NCBI GenBank assembly: GCA_038205925.1
Contig: JBBRBJ010000006.1
Location: 246 to 64,245, forward strand
Source: Rhodobacterales bacterium
Lineage (GTDB): Bacteria > Pseudomonadota > Alphaproteobacteria > Rhodobacterales > Rhodobacteraceae
Reading direction: 5' to 3'
DNA: 64,000 nt
Shown: piece by piece, positions 46,689 through 56,759 of the stretch
Layout: each line of letters starts with the position of its first letter
Position numbering within the stretch: position 1 is the stretch's first letter
Notes under the pieces: generated by a model
Database searches by the model: none
Told to the model about the DNA's origin: nothing
Seen by the model: the letters and a program-made list of their open reading frames with translations, nothing else
Position numbers and translations under genes: made by a program

Positions 46689-46838
46689 TCAGATAGACGC
46701 CCAGTCGCGGATGACGGGGGCTGTTCCCTGCTGCTGCTGCTGCTGCTGCTGTTGTTGCTGCGGTGCGGATGGCTGGCCGCCATGCTGCTGCTGTGTGGTG
46801 CCCGGTTTCTCGGGGGCCGTGTTCTGTTGCGAGGTCAT
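46689..46838 (-). CDS. 49-aa Gln-rich microprotein ending DWASI
   Basis: MTSQQNTAPEKPGTTQQQHGGQPSAPQ11GTAPVIRDWASI; GGAG RBS before ATG 46838. Confidence 0.6.
   Translation of the reverse strand: MTSQQNTAPEKPGTTQQQHGGQPSAPQQQQQQQQQQQGTAPVIRDWASI
46728..46760 (-). repeat. CAG/CAA trinucleotide run (11 Gln codons)
   Basis: (CTG)8(TTG)2CTG on the + strand. Confidence 0.95.
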
Positions 46839-47139
46839 TATCTGCTCCATCTGACCGCTGCTTGTGCCGTATTTCTCAGATTGGCGCGGGATACGGCTGC
46901 GACAAGCCCGAAACATGACAATTTGACGATGCATAGCGCCTGTGTGGGGCGTCGGCAACAGGTTGGGTGGGGTCGTTTTCACATGACGGCCAAACATCGG
47001 CGGAACGGCGCCGGTGCGATGGAGCCGGGATCAAAGGTGCGGCAAGCGGGCGGCGGCCCTTGCCTTGCCCGGCCGATGCTTTATTCTGCGCGTTACATGT
47101 GACACGTCGCCCGGGCGGCTGCATGAAGGGGAAAAACCG

Positions 47140-48216
47140 ATGCAGGATCCGGCGCGCGTGCCTGTTTTTGATGGCCACAACGACATTTTGCTGCGCATTT
47201 TCAACGCGCCCGATCGGCGCGAAGACATTTGGCTGCTGGGCGAAGGCAAGGGACATCTGGATCTGCCGCGCATGAAGGCTGCGGGCTTTGCGGGGGGGAT
47301 GTTCGCGATTTACGTCCCCTCACCCGGCAAGTCGGCGCCGGCTCTGGATCTGGATGCCGCGATGAACGCGCCGCCCTATGATCTGCCGCTGCCCGATACG
47401 GTGCCGCATGTTGATGCGATGGCGGTTGCGCAGGCGATGGCCTCGCATCTGATGTGGATGGAGCGGTCGAGCGGGGGTGCATTTCGTCTGTGCACCTCGG
47501 TAGCCGAGATCGAGGCGGCCCGGGCCGCTTCGGTGATTGCGGGTGTCATGCACATGGAGGGGGCCGAGGCGATTGATGAGGGTTGCGACGGTCTCCACAG
47601 CTTTTACGCTATGGGCCTGCGCAGCCTTGGCCCGGTCTGGAGCCGGCCCACGATCTTTGGCCACGGGGTGCCGTTCCGCTTTCCGGGTGATCCTGATACC
47701 GGTCCGGGCCTGACGCAGGCGGGACAGCGGCTGATCCGCGAATGCAACAGTCTGCGGGTGCTGATAGACCTGAGCCACCTGAACGCCAAGGGGGTCGAGG
47801 ATGTGGCGCGGATCAGCGATGCGCCGCTTGTGGCCACGCATTCCAACGCCTGGGCGATCTGTCCCAGCACGCGCAACCTGACGGACAGGCAACTGGCGAT
47901 GATTCGTGATACGGGCGGCATGGTGGGGATCAATTTTGCCACCGTGTTCCTGCGCGAGGATGGACGGCGTTCGCCGCAGATGACGCTCGATCCGCTCTTG
48001 CGCCATCTGGATCATCTGATTGCCCATCTGGGCGAAGATCATGTGGGTTTCGGATCGGATTTTGATGGCGCGACCGTGCCCGAACCGATCGGAGACGTCA
48101 TGGGATTGCCGCACCTGATTCACACCTTGTCAGAGCATGGGGTGGACGCGGCCCTGATGGCCAAGCTGGCATGGGGCAACTGGATGGGTGTTTTGCGCCG
48201 GACATGGGGGGCCTGA
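47140..48216 (+). CDS. membrane dipeptidase (peptidase M19)
   Basis: FDGHND, HMEGAE, IDLSH, ATHSN, GFGSDFDG. Confidence 0.92.
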   Translation: MQDPARVPVFDGHNDILLRIFNAPDRREDIWLLGEGKGHLDLPRMKAAGFAGGMFAIYVPSPGKSAPALDLDAAMNAPPYDLPLPDTVPHVDAMAVAQAMASHLMWMERSSGGAFRLCTSVAEIEAARAASVIAGVMHMEGAEAIDEGCDGLHSFYAMGLRSLGPVWSRPTIFGHGVPFRFPGDPDTGPGLTQAGQRLIRECNSLRVLIDLSHLNAKGVEDVARISDAPLVATHSNAWAICPSTRNLTDRQLAMIRDTGGMVGINFATVFLREDGRRSPQMTLDPLLRHLDHLIAHLGEDHVGFGSDFDGATVPEPIGDVMGLPHLIHTLSEHGVDAALMAKLAWGNWMGVLRRTWGA

Positions 48217-48231
48217 GCCCCCCACGCCTGA

Positions 48232-50247
48232 TTACAGCAAGGATTTTGCCTTGGCCGCCGTCGCCTCGGCGGTGATGCCGAACTCCTGGTAAAGCCGCTC
48301 TGCCGGGGCCGAGGCGCCAAAGCCGTGCATCCCGACAAAGCCCGATTTCTCGCGCTTGCCACCCTCACCGAACAGCCAGCGATCCCAGCCAAAGCGGATG
48401 CCTGCCTCAACCGCCACGCGCACAGCGCCGGGCGGGAGAACCTTGCGCCGATAAGCCTGATCCTGTTCCTCGAACAACTCCCAGCACGGCAGCGAGACCA
48501 CGCGGGTGCCGATGCCTTCGGCTTCCAGCAGGTCACGGGCGTTCACGGCAATCTCGACCTCGGACCCGGTGGCCATCAGGATCACCTGACGCTTGCCGGT
48601 GGCCTCGGCCAGCACATAGCCGCCCTTGGCGACCATGTTCTGGTTGGTGTGGGTGGTGCGCACCGCGGCCAGGTTCTGGCGGCTGAGCGCCAGCACCGTT
48701 GGGGTGGTCTTGGTCGACAGCGCAATCTCCCACGCCTCGGCCGTCTCTACCATGTCGGCGGGGCGGATCACATAAGTGTTGGGCGTAGCGCGGCTGATCG
48801 CCAGATGTTCGACCGGCTGGTGGGTGGGGCCATCCTCGCCCAGACCGATGGAATCGTGCGTCATCACATAGACGACGGGCACGCCCATCAACGCCGACAG
48901 GCGCATCGCGGGACGGGCGTAATCGGTGAAACACATGAAGGTGCCGCCATAGGCCCGCACCCCGCCGTGCAGCGCAAGGCCGTTCATGGCCGCGGCCATT
49001 CCATGCTCACGGATGCCATAATAGACATAGCGGCCCGTGCGATCTTCGGGGGTGAACACCCCCAGATCGGCGGTCTTGGTGTTGTTCGAGCCGGTCAGAT
49101 CGGCTGAGCCGCCGATGGTTTCGGTGGCCACGGGGTTCACCGCCGCCAGCACCTTTTCCGACGCCGCGCGGGTGGCGAGTTTTGGCATGTCGGCCACGGC
49201 CTGCTTTTTCAGGGCGCGAATGGTGGCACCCAGCTTCGCAGGCGCGTCACCGGCAAAGATGCGGGCAAACTCGGCCTGTTTCTGGGCCGAGAGGCTGGCC
49301 AGACGGCCCTCCCATGCGGTCCGGGCCTGCGCACCCTGGCGGCCGACAGCTTCCCACCACGTCTTGACATCGGACGGCACCTCGAACGGGGCAGCGGTCC
49401 AGCCATAGACCTCTTTGGCGGCCTTCAACTGGGCGGCATCGGTCAGCGCGCCGTGCCCTTTGGACGTATCCTGTGCAGCGTGGCCAAAGGCGATGTGCGT
49501 CTTGCACGCGATCAGGGCAGGGCGCGGGCTTGCCTTGGCGGCGGTCAGGGCACGGTCGATATCGTCGGGGTCATGCCCATCGCAGGCAAAAACATCCCAG
49601 CCGCTGGCGGCAAAGCGGGCCATCTGGTCGGTCACATCGGAAAGCGAGACCTTGCCGTCAATGGTGATGCCATTATTGTCCCACAGCACGATCAGGCGCG
49701 AAAGCTGCTGCTTGCCCGCCAGACCGATGGCCTCTTGGCTGACACCCTCCATCAGGCAGCCATCACCGGCGATGACATAGGTGTAATGGTCCTGCACCTT
49801 TGCCCCCCAGCGGGCCCGCAGCGATTCTTCAGCCATGGCAAAACCCACCGCGTTCGCGATGCCCTGGCCCAAGGGCCCGGTTGTCGTCTCGATCCCTGCT
49901 GCATGGCCGTATTCGGGGTGGCCCGCGGTGATGGCGCCCCATTGGCGGAAGTTCCGGATCTGGTCCAGCGTCATGTCGGCGTAGCCGGTCAGATACATGA
50001 TACTGTAGATCAGCATCGAGCCATGGCCCGCCGACAGAATGAAACGGTCACGGTCGGGCCAGCGCGGGGCGGCGGCATCGAACGTCAGATGGCGCGAGAA
50101 CAGCACCGTCGCCACATCGGCCATTCCCATCGGCATGCCCGAATGGCCCGAATTGGCGGCCGCCACGGCATCAAGCGTCAGCGTGCGGATTGCGGTCGCG
50201 CGCATCCAGTGATCAGGATAGGTCTTGCGGAGGGTCTGGATATCCAC
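48232..50247 (-). CDS. tkt: transketolase (GTG start)
   Basis: [40 protein letters not shown]. Confidence 0.97.
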   Translation of the reverse strand: MDIQTLRKTYPDHWMRATAIRTLTLDAVAAANSGHSGMPMGMADVATVLFSRHLTFDAAAPRWPDRDRFILSAGHGSMLIYSIMYLTGYADMTLDQIRNFRQWGAITAGHPEYGHAAGIETTTGPLGQGIANAVGFAMAEESLRARWGAKVQDHYTYVIAGDGCLMEGVSQEAIGLAGKQQLSRLIVLWDNNGITIDGKVSLSDVTDQMARFAASGWDVFACDGHDPDDIDRALTAAKASPRPALIACKTHIAFGHAAQDTSKGHGALTDAAQLKAAKEVYGWTAAPFEVPSDVKTWWEAVGRQGAQARTAWEGRLASLSAQKQAEFARIFAGDAPAKLGATIRALKKQAVADMPKLATRAASEKVLAAVNPVATETIGGSADLTGSNNTKTADLGVFTPEDRTGRYVYYGIREHGMAAAMNGLALHGGVRAYGGTFMCFTDYARPAMRLSALMGVPVVYVMTHDSIGLGEDGPTHQPVEHLAISRATPNTYVIRPADMVETAEAWEIALSTKTTPTVLALSRQNLAAVRTTHTNQNMVAKGGYVLAEATGKRQVILMATGSEVEIAVNARDLLEAEGIGTRVVSLPCWELFEEQDQAYRRKVLPPGAVRVAVEAGIRFGWDRWLFGEGGKREKSGFVGMHGFGASAPAERLYQEFGITAEATAAKAKSLL

Positions 50248-50471
50248 GCGGGCGGTCCTTGTGCTGGGAAGATGGGGCAGAAAACCATGGGTCGGGGGGT
50301 TCAATACCACCCTCACAGGCAAGATCAAGCACAGCCGCCAACCCTTTGACCGATATGGGGCGGCCCTTGCCGATGCTTTGGGCTAAGATGGCGCTTGACG
50401 ACATGCTTGACGATTCGGCCATATGGGCTGGTCAGCGCGGCAATCACCGGGAAATCCGGGAAAGAGGGGGC

Positions 50472-51026
50472 ATGGACGATATCGCAGAGTTGGAACGTCG
50501 GATAACGACGGCATTGATGCGCATCGGTCAGGCGGTCGAAGAGATCGGCATGACCGAGGCCCCGGCACCCGTCCCGGAACCGGCGCATCCACCGCCGGCG
50601 CCCGTGGCCACACTGGCAGATGGCGTGGCAGAGGCCGAGATTGCCCGCTTGAACGAGGCCCTGGATGAAGAGCGGATGCTTGCAGCCCAGTTGAACGAGC
50701 GCCTGCGCACCGTGCGCGACAGAGAGTCCGTCGAACGCATCGCCTTGCAGACCGAAGGCGACCGGCTGATGAAGTTGCTGGATGTGCAGGGGCTTGAGAT
50801 GCAGCGCCTGAAAAAAACCGTCAGTGCTTTGCGCGAACTGGTCCGCACTCTGACCGAGGCGCAGCAGACCGGCCAGATCGAGCCGCATCTGATCAACAAG
50901 GCCATGTTGACCGAACTTGAGGCGCTGCGCGCGTTGCGGTCTGCCGAAGCTGCCGAACTGGACGAAATCATTGCGGCACTGGATCCGCTGGCCGCGACCG
51001 TTGAGGGGATGAGATCAGATGCCTGA
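50472..51026 (+). CDS. coiled-coil protein upstream of zapA (ZapB/ZauP-like position)
   Basis: heptad-rich sequence; tkt-divergent; overlaps zapA start. Confidence 0.65.
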   Translation: MDDIAELERRITTALMRIGQAVEEIGMTEAPAPVPEPAHPPPAPVATLADGVAEAEIARLNEALDEERMLAAQLNERLRTVRDRESVERIALQTEGDRLMKLLDVQGLEMQRLKKTVSALRELVRTLTEAQQTGQIEPHLINKAMLTELEALRALRSAEAAELDEIIAALDPLAATVEGMRSDA

Positions 51027-51393
51027 CGTGACCATTTCCATCGGCGGGCGCGATTTTCAGGTCGCCTGCCAGCCGGGCGAGGAGCATTTCCTGCGCGCGG
51101 CGTCGGGTCTTCTGAACGCCGAGGCCGAACCGCTGGTGCAGCAGATGGGCCGCCTGCCAGAGGCACGGATGCTGCTGATGGCGGGGCTGATGCTGGCCGA
51201 CAAGACGGCAGCCGTCGAGGATGAAAACCGCCAGTTGAAGGCCAAGGTGGCGACGCTTGAGGCGCGGCCCGTGCCTGTGGCAGAAAAGGTCGAAGTGCCC
51301 GTGATCCCGCCACAACTGCGCGAGACGATGGCCGAAATCGCCGCACGGGCCGAGGCATTGGCGGACCGCATGGCGGAAAAGCGCGGGGGCTGA
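51019..51393 (+). CDS. zapA: cell division protein ZapA
   Basis: VTISIGGRDFQVACQPGEEHFL, RMLLMAGLMLAD. Confidence 0.9.
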   Translation: MPDVTISIGGRDFQVACQPGEEHFLRAASGLLNAEAEPLVQQMGRLPEARMLLMAGLMLADKTAAVEDENRQLKAKVATLEARPVPVAEKVEVPVIPPQLRETMAEIAARAEALADRMAEKRGG

Positions 51394-51523
51394 GGGATAC
51401 GCCACATGGCTGCAGCGTTTCCGGGGTGGCGCCGAGGCGGCCCTGCCAACATGCACCCTGAAGATGTGATTGCCCCGTAGAGCGGCGATCACGACACGTC
51501 AGGGTGCTACGCCGATGTTTGCC

Positions 51524-51883
51524 TTAACCGTTGGCTTCGCGGATCTTGTCGGCAGCGGCCTTGTCAAAGGTCACCCCCTTGGCGGCGAAAAGCTGGTCCA
51601 GTTCCCCCGACAGGGTCATTTCGGTCACGATGTCGCAGCCGCCGACAAATTCGCCCTTCACATATAGTTGAGGAATCGTGGGCCAGTCGGAAAAGTCCTT
51701 GATGCCCTGGCGGATGTCCTGATCGGCCAGCACGTTCACATCCGCAAACGTGACCCCCATGAAATTGAGCACCCCCGCCACGCGGCTGGAGAACCCGCAC
51801 TGCGGCATCATCTTGGTGCCCTTCATGAACAGGACGACGTCGTTCTTTTCAACTGTTTCGCGGATCTTGTCAGCTGCGCTCAT
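51524..51883 (-). CDS. grxD: monothiol glutaredoxin (Grx4/GrxD)
   Basis: FMKGT..PQCGFS, WPTIPQLYVKGEFVGGCD. Confidence 0.95.
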   Translation of the reverse strand: MSAADKIRETVEKNDVVLFMKGTKMMPQCGFSSRVAGVLNFMGVTFADVNVLADQDIRQGIKDFSDWPTIPQLYVKGEFVGGCDIVTEMTLSGELDQLFAAKGVTFDKAAADKIREANG

Positions 51884-51897
51884 GGCTTGTCTCTCTT

Positions 51898-52134
51898 TCA
51901 ATCAGGGGCTTTGGTGGTCAGGGCAAGGGCATGCAGTTCACCCTGCGCCCCATCCATCTTGCCTTTCAGGGCGGCATAGACCGCGCGTTGCTGTTGAACG
52001 CGGTTCATGCCCTTGAAGCTGGCGTCGATGACCTCGGCTGCGAAATGCTGGCCGTCATCGCCTTGCACGGTCACGCGTGCATCGGGAAAACTGGCCCGGA
52101 TCAGGGCTTCGATTTCGCTGGCGTTGATGGCCAT
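51898..52134 (-). CDS. BolA/IbaG family protein
   Basis: GDDGQHF, FKGMNRVQQQRAVY, LHALALTT; upstream of grxD. Confidence 0.92.
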   Translation of the reverse strand: MAINASEIEALIRASFPDARVTVQGDDGQHFAAEVIDASFKGMNRVQQQRAVYAALKGKMDGAQGELHALALTTKAPD

Positions 52135-52161
52135 GGGACGCTCCTTGGTCGCTTTTGGTAA

Positions 52162-52190
52162 ATCTAGGCGCGCAGACGGGCGGCTGCAAG
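52162..52190 (-). promoter_or_regulatory. RpoH(II)-like promoter for bolA-grxD
   Basis: minus strand CTTG-N18-CCTAGAT. Confidence 0.5.
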
Positions 52191-52216
52191 GCGGTGATTG
52201 CACCGCCTGTCACAGC

Positions 52217-54391
52217 CTATACTCCCAACGACAGGGCGAACGCGCCGCGATAGGTGTCTGAAAGTTCAGCCAAGGGCGCCTCTTCGTCGCCAAACCGCAC
52301 GACCGAACCGCCGAAATGGCCCGCGACGGACAGCGGCACCTCTGCCGCCGCCGCCGCCCCCTGCAGGGCCTTGAGGTCGGTGGGATCGACCGCCATAAGG
52401 TAGCGCGCCTGATCTTCGCCAAAAAGGGTGGGGATGTCCCCTGCCTCAAGCGTGATGCCAATCCCGGCACCCTCGGCCATCTCGAAGGCCGCGAGCGCGA
52501 GGCCGCCATCGCCCAGATCGGTGCAGGCGCGGATGCGGCGGGCATTGGCGCGGACGAAATCGCCATGCCGCCGTTCCGCCTCCAGATCGACAAGGGGGGC
52601 GTCGCCCGCCTCGACCGCGAACGCCTCGGCCAGAAGGGCGGACTGCCCCAGATGCCCGCGCGTGACCCCGATCAGAATGGCAAGGTCGCCAGATTGCGGC
52701 GGACCTGCGATCAGATCTTCCAGACGGGCCAAAAGGCCGACGGCGCCGATGGTGGGCGTGGGCGCAATGCCCTTGCCATCGGTCTCGTTGTAAAGCGAGA
52801 CGTTGCCCGACACGATGGGCATGTCCAACGCCGTCACAGCCTCGGCTATCCCTTTGATCGCACACACCAACTGGCCCATGATCAAGGGCTTTTCAGGGTT
52901 GCCGAAATTCAGATTGTCGGTTGAGGCAATGGGTGTCGCGCCCATGGCGGTCAGGTTGCGGTAAGCTTCGGCCACGGCCTGCTTGCCGCCCTCGAACGGG
53001 TTGGCCATCACGTATCGCGGCGTCACATCCGAGGTGAACGCGAGCGCCTTTTGTGTGCCATGGATACGCACGACGCCCGCGGGCAGGCCGGGGGGGACAA
53101 CCGTGTCGGCGCCCACCTGGGCGTCATACTGTTCCCACACCCACGCCTTGTGAGCATAGTTTGGGCTGGAGATAAGGGCAATCAGACCCGCCAGCGCGTC
53201 AATGTGAGGGACATCGCCCAAAGGGGTGGCGGGCGCTGTTTCCAGCCAGGGGCGGTCATATTCGGGCGCCGAGGACGACAGTTTTGACAACGGCAGGTCG
53301 GCCTTGACCTCTCCCCGGTGCCGGATCACGAAGCGGTCTTCGGCAATCGTCTCGCCCACGATGGCAAAATCAAGATCCCATTTGACAAAGATCGCGCGGG
53401 CCTCGGCCTCCATCTCGGGCTTCAGGACCATCAGCATGCGTTCCTGCGATTCCGACAACATCATTTCATAGGCGGTCATCCGGGTTTCGCGCTGGGGCAC
53501 GGCATCCAGATCGAGACGGATGCCAAGCCCGCCTTTGTCGCCCATTTCGACGGCCGAACAGGTAAGGCCCGCAGCCCCCATGTCCTGAATCGAAATCACG
53601 GCCCCCGACGCCATCAGTTCCAGACACGCCTCAAGCAGACGCTTTTCGGTGAAGGGGTCGCCGACCTGAACCGTGGGGCGCTTTTCCTCGATCGTGTCAT
53701 CGAATTCGGCCGAGGCCATCGTGGCGCCGCCCACGCCATCGCGGCCTGTCTTGGCGCCAAGATAGACAACCGGCATGCCCACGCCCGAGGCGACGGAATA
53801 AAAGATCTTGTCGGTGTCGGCCAATCCGGCGGCAAAGGCGTTCACAAGGCAGTTGCCGTTGTAACTGGCATGAAAGCGCACCTCGCCGCCCACGGTGGGC
53901 ACGCCGAAAGCATTGCCATAGCTGCCCACGCCCTCGACCACGCCTTTCACCAGATATGCGGTCTTGGGATGCGAGGGCAGACCGAAGGACAGGGCATTCA
54001 TCGCGGCAATGGGACGCGCCCCCATGGTGAACACATCGCGCAGGATGCCGCCTACGCCGGTGGCGGCGCCCTGATGTGGCTCGATGTAGCTGGGGTGGTT
54101 GTGGCTTTCCATCTTGAAGATAACGGCCTGCCCGTCACCGATGTCGACCACGCCCGCGTTTTCGCCCGGCCCGCAGATTACCTGCGGCCCGGTTGTGGGC
54201 AGGGTGCGCAGCCATTTTTTCGACGATTTGTAGGAACAATGTTCATTCCACATGGCCGAAAAAATGCCGAGTTCCGTAAAGGTCGGATCGCGCCCGATGA
54301 TCTGCAAGATCCGGTCGTATTCATCGGGCTTGATCCCGTGCGCGGCGATAAGGTCCGGGGTAATTGCGGGTTCGGTCGCGGATACGGTCAT
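52217..54391 (-). CDS. purL: phosphoribosylformylglycinamidine synthase subunit PurL (small type)
   Basis: [34 protein letters not shown]. Confidence 0.97.
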   Translation of the reverse strand: MTVSATEPAITPDLIAAHGIKPDEYDRILQIIGRDPTFTELGIFSAMWNEHCSYKSSKKWLRTLPTTGPQVICGPGENAGVVDIGDGQAVIFKMESHNHPSYIEPHQGAATGVGGILRDVFTMGARPIAAMNALSFGLPSHPKTAYLVKGVVEGVGSYGNAFGVPTVGGEVRFHASYNGNCLVNAFAAGLADTDKIFYSVASGVGMPVVYLGAKTGRDGVGGATMASAEFDDTIEEKRPTVQVGDPFTEKRLLEACLELMASGAVISIQDMGAAGLTCSAVEMGDKGGLGIRLDLDAVPQRETRMTAYEMMLSESQERMLMVLKPEMEAEARAIFVKWDLDFAIVGETIAEDRFVIRHRGEVKADLPLSKLSSSAPEYDRPWLETAPATPLGDVPHIDALAGLIALISSPNYAHKAWVWEQYDAQVGADTVVPPGLPAGVVRIHGTQKALAFTSDVTPRYVMANPFEGGKQAVAEAYRNLTAMGATPIASTDNLNFGNPEKPLIMGQLVCAIKGIAEAVTALDMPIVSGNVSLYNETDGKGIAPTPTIGAVGLLARLEDLIAGPPQSGDLAILIGVTRGHLGQSALLAEAFAVEAGDAPLVDLEAERRHGDFVRANARRIRACTDLGDGGLALAAFEMAEGAGIGITLEAGDIPTLFGEDQARYLMAVDPTDLKALQGAAAAAEVPLSVAGHFGGSVVRFGDEEAPLAELSDTYRGAFALSLGV

Positions 54392-54544
54392 GGGCAGGCC
54401 CTTGCACGGCTTTGGGATCTCCATCGGGTTTAGGATACCTCATGCGAAAGGGGAAGGGTTGACGGCGCAGGCTTTGCGCGCTGATGAAGGGCTGTGCAGG
54501 GTTGCCGTATCTTTGGGCACCGGGCCTGGAATGCACCGGGCGCG

Positions 54545-54572
54545 AAAAAAAAGGCCGAGCTTTCGCTCGGCC
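54545..54572 (-). terminator. intrinsic terminator with GNRA loop
   Basis: 8-bp stem GGCCGAGC/GCTCGGCC, GAAA loop, U8. Confidence 0.9.
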
Positions 54573-54630
54573 AAGTCCAACAGGGAGGTGTAATGACAAC
54601 AAGAGGAACCCCTCGATTGTTCCCACCACA
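54545..54630 (-). ncRNA. predicted trans-acting sRNA with anti-SD motif (AbcR-like position); 5' end approximate
   Basis: minus strand ...CACCUCCCUGUUGGACUU-GGCCGAGC-GAAA-GCUCGGCC-U8; upstream TTGCAG / ATAAAT promoter elements. Confidence 0.65.
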
Positions 54631-54697
54631 ACGCAGATTTATGTGCGCAAGCGACCGTCTGCAATACGGGACGTGCCACTGATGTGGCATGGCCGCT

Positions 54698-54712
54698 ATG
54701 CGTTTCGCGCAT
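54698..54712. promoter_or_regulatory. LysR-type T-N11-A palindromic site upstream of the sRNA promoter
   Basis: ATGCG-tttcg-CGCAT, centred ~40 bp upstream of the -35 hexamer. Confidence 0.55.
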
Positions 54713-54715
54713 GGC

Positions 54716-55615
54716 TCAGGCGTTTGGCTGCTGACGCTTGCGATAGGAAAAGATCTCTTCCGTCACGAAATCGCGAAACGCTGCCACCCGCTTGGAATGG
54801 CGCAATTCCTCGGGGTAGGCCAGGAACACCGGAACCTCGGCGCTTTCCGTATCGGACAATACCCTGACAAGATGAGGAAAATCTTCTGTAATGTAGTCGG
54901 GCAGAACGCCGATGCCGAGGTGGTTCAAGACACCCTGCAGGACCCCGAAATAGTTGTTCACCGTCAGGGTCGAGGGGATGTCATGGCTCATCAACTCGGC
55001 TACCAGCAGTGCCCCGGCGGCCACTTGCGCAACGCCAGCATGCTGGCAGATCAGGCGGTGCTGGGCGAAATCGTCCATCGTATGCGGCGTGCCGTTCTGC
55101 TCCAGATACTCGGGCGAGGCATAAAGGCGCATCCGGATCTGCATCAGGCGCTTGCGGATCAGATCGGCCTGACTGGGTTCCTTCATGCGAATCGCCACGT
55201 CCGCCTCGCGCATGGGCAGATCCAGTACCCGCTCTTCCAGCATCAGATCGATCTTCAGCGCGGGAAACTTCTTGTAGAGATTGGCCAGACGCGGCGCCAG
55301 CCACAGGGTTCCAAAGCCCGTGGTCGTGGTCACGCGCAATTCGCCGAACACCTCATCTTCGCTGTCGCGGATACGTGCAGCGGTGGTTTCCAGGCGTTTG
55401 GCCATGGCTTGCGTCGCGTCAAACAGCAACTCGCCCTGTTCGGTCAGGATCAGACCACGCGCGTGGCGGTGGAACAGGGTGACGGACAACTGCTCTTCCA
55501 GCGCGCGGATCTGGCGGCTGACGGCCGATTGCGACAGGTGCAGCACGTCGCCGGCATGGGTCAGACTGCCCTTTTCTGCCACCGCATGAAAAATTCGCAG
55601 CTTGTCCCAATCCAT
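54716..55615 (-). CDS. LysR-type regulator of the LsrB/VtlR group
   Basis: MDWDKLRIFHAVAE.GS.THA...LHLSQSAVSRQI N-terminus; DLPMREADVAIR; RVAAFRDF. Confidence 0.9.
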   Translation of the reverse strand: MDWDKLRIFHAVAEKGSLTHAGDVLHLSQSAVSRQIRALEEQLSVTLFHRHARGLILTEQGELLFDATQAMAKRLETTAARIRDSEDEVFGELRVTTTTGFGTLWLAPRLANLYKKFPALKIDLMLEERVLDLPMREADVAIRMKEPSQADLIRKRLMQIRMRLYASPEYLEQNGTPHTMDDFAQHRLICQHAGVAQVAAGALLVAELMSHDIPSTLTVNNYFGVLQGVLNHLGIGVLPDYITEDFPHLVRVLSDTESAEVPVFLAYPEELRHSKRVAAFRDFVTEEIFSYRKRQQPNA

Positions 55616-55765
55616 TCCCAAATCCCCTGACAAAATGACCGCGCAGAAGCTAACACGGCCCGCCTGATGTGGGGAGAATCATTTGCATGTAAATGGTGCC
55701 CATGCCGACAAGGCGTTCAAGGATGCGAAATCCCTGATCGCAGGGGCGAAATATGATCTGCAAAC

Positions 55766-55783
55766 CTGTCATCTTGCCGTCAC
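55766..55783 (+). promoter_or_regulatory. Pho-box-like direct repeat upstream of the acyltransferase
   Basis: CTGTCAT-cttg-CCGTCAC, 11-bp period. Confidence 0.5.
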
Positions 55784-55829
55784 GGGAACTTGTGAAAATG
55801 GACAAATCGCGCAGGGTGACGGGGCAAGC

Positions 55830-56720
55830 ATGACGTTTAGTGATCTGACACAGGATATCTCGTATGCGTCATCGGCGGCCACGCGGGCCGGTGCCGCCAT
55901 GATCCGCATGTTGGAGAATGCGACCGGGCGCCTGTCGCTGATCCGGCGCGCAGCGGGATATGAGCAGGAAGTAGCGAAAGGGCGCAGCTTCTGGCAGGTG
56001 ATCCCCGAGCGCTATGGTCTGAGCCTTGATATCATCGGCGGCAGTCTGGCCAATATCCCGGCAAACGGCCCCCTCGTTCTGATCGCGAACCACCCTTACG
56101 GCATTCTGGACGGCCTGATGATGGGGCATCTGCTGGACCGCGTGCGCGGCGACTTTCGGATTCTGGCCAATTCGGTGTTCCAAAGGGCCGAAGCGCTGAA
56201 CCGTGTGGTACTGCCGATCTCGTTCGACGAGACGAAAGAGGCGGTCAGGCTGAACCTTGGAACCCGCGCCGAAGCATTGCGCTATCTGGGGGATGACGGA
56301 GCGATCGGCGTGTTCCCGGGGGGGACGGTGTCGACCAGCCTGAAGCCGTTTTCGCAGCCCATGGACCCAGGCTGGCGCAATTTTACCGCCAAGATGATTG
56401 CAAAATCGGATGCGACCGTGGTGCCGGTGTTCTTTACAGGTCACAACTCGCGCCTTTTTCAGATTGCAAGCCACGTGCATTCCAACCTGCGCCTTGGTCT
56501 CTTGATCAAAGAGTTTCGCGCCCGGATGGATGAGCCTGTTCAGGTGGTCATCGGCAACCCGATTGCGGCGACCACATTGGCGCCGCTGAAATCCGACCCC
56601 CGCGCAATGATGGATATGCTGCGCCGCGCTACATATGATCTTTCGCCAAACCCGCAACGATCCTATGATCTGGGGTATGAGTTCGAGGCGAAATACAAGT
56701 TGCGTCAAGACCGCCTTTGA
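55830..56720 (+). CDS. lysophospholipid/aminolipid acyltransferase (PlsC superfamily)
   Basis: ANHPYGILD (HX4D motif), VFPGGTVS. Confidence 0.85.
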   Translation: MTFSDLTQDISYASSAATRAGAAMIRMLENATGRLSLIRRAAGYEQEVAKGRSFWQVIPERYGLSLDIIGGSLANIPANGPLVLIANHPYGILDGLMMGHLLDRVRGDFRILANSVFQRAEALNRVVLPISFDETKEAVRLNLGTRAEALRYLGDDGAIGVFPGGTVSTSLKPFSQPMDPGWRNFTAKMIAKSDATVVPVFFTGHNSRLFQIASHVHSNLRLGLLIKEFRARMDEPVQVVIGNPIAATTLAPLKSDPRAMMDMLRRATYDLSPNPQRSYDLGYEFEAKYKLRQDRL

Positions 56721-56759
56721 ACCCGATGAAAAAGCGTGTGAAACGCGAAAGGGGCAGGT

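Noticed and set aside
51394-51523. 6S RNA (ssrS) annotation
   Set aside because: Only 130 nt available and no clear central bubble; kept as a low-interest hairpin
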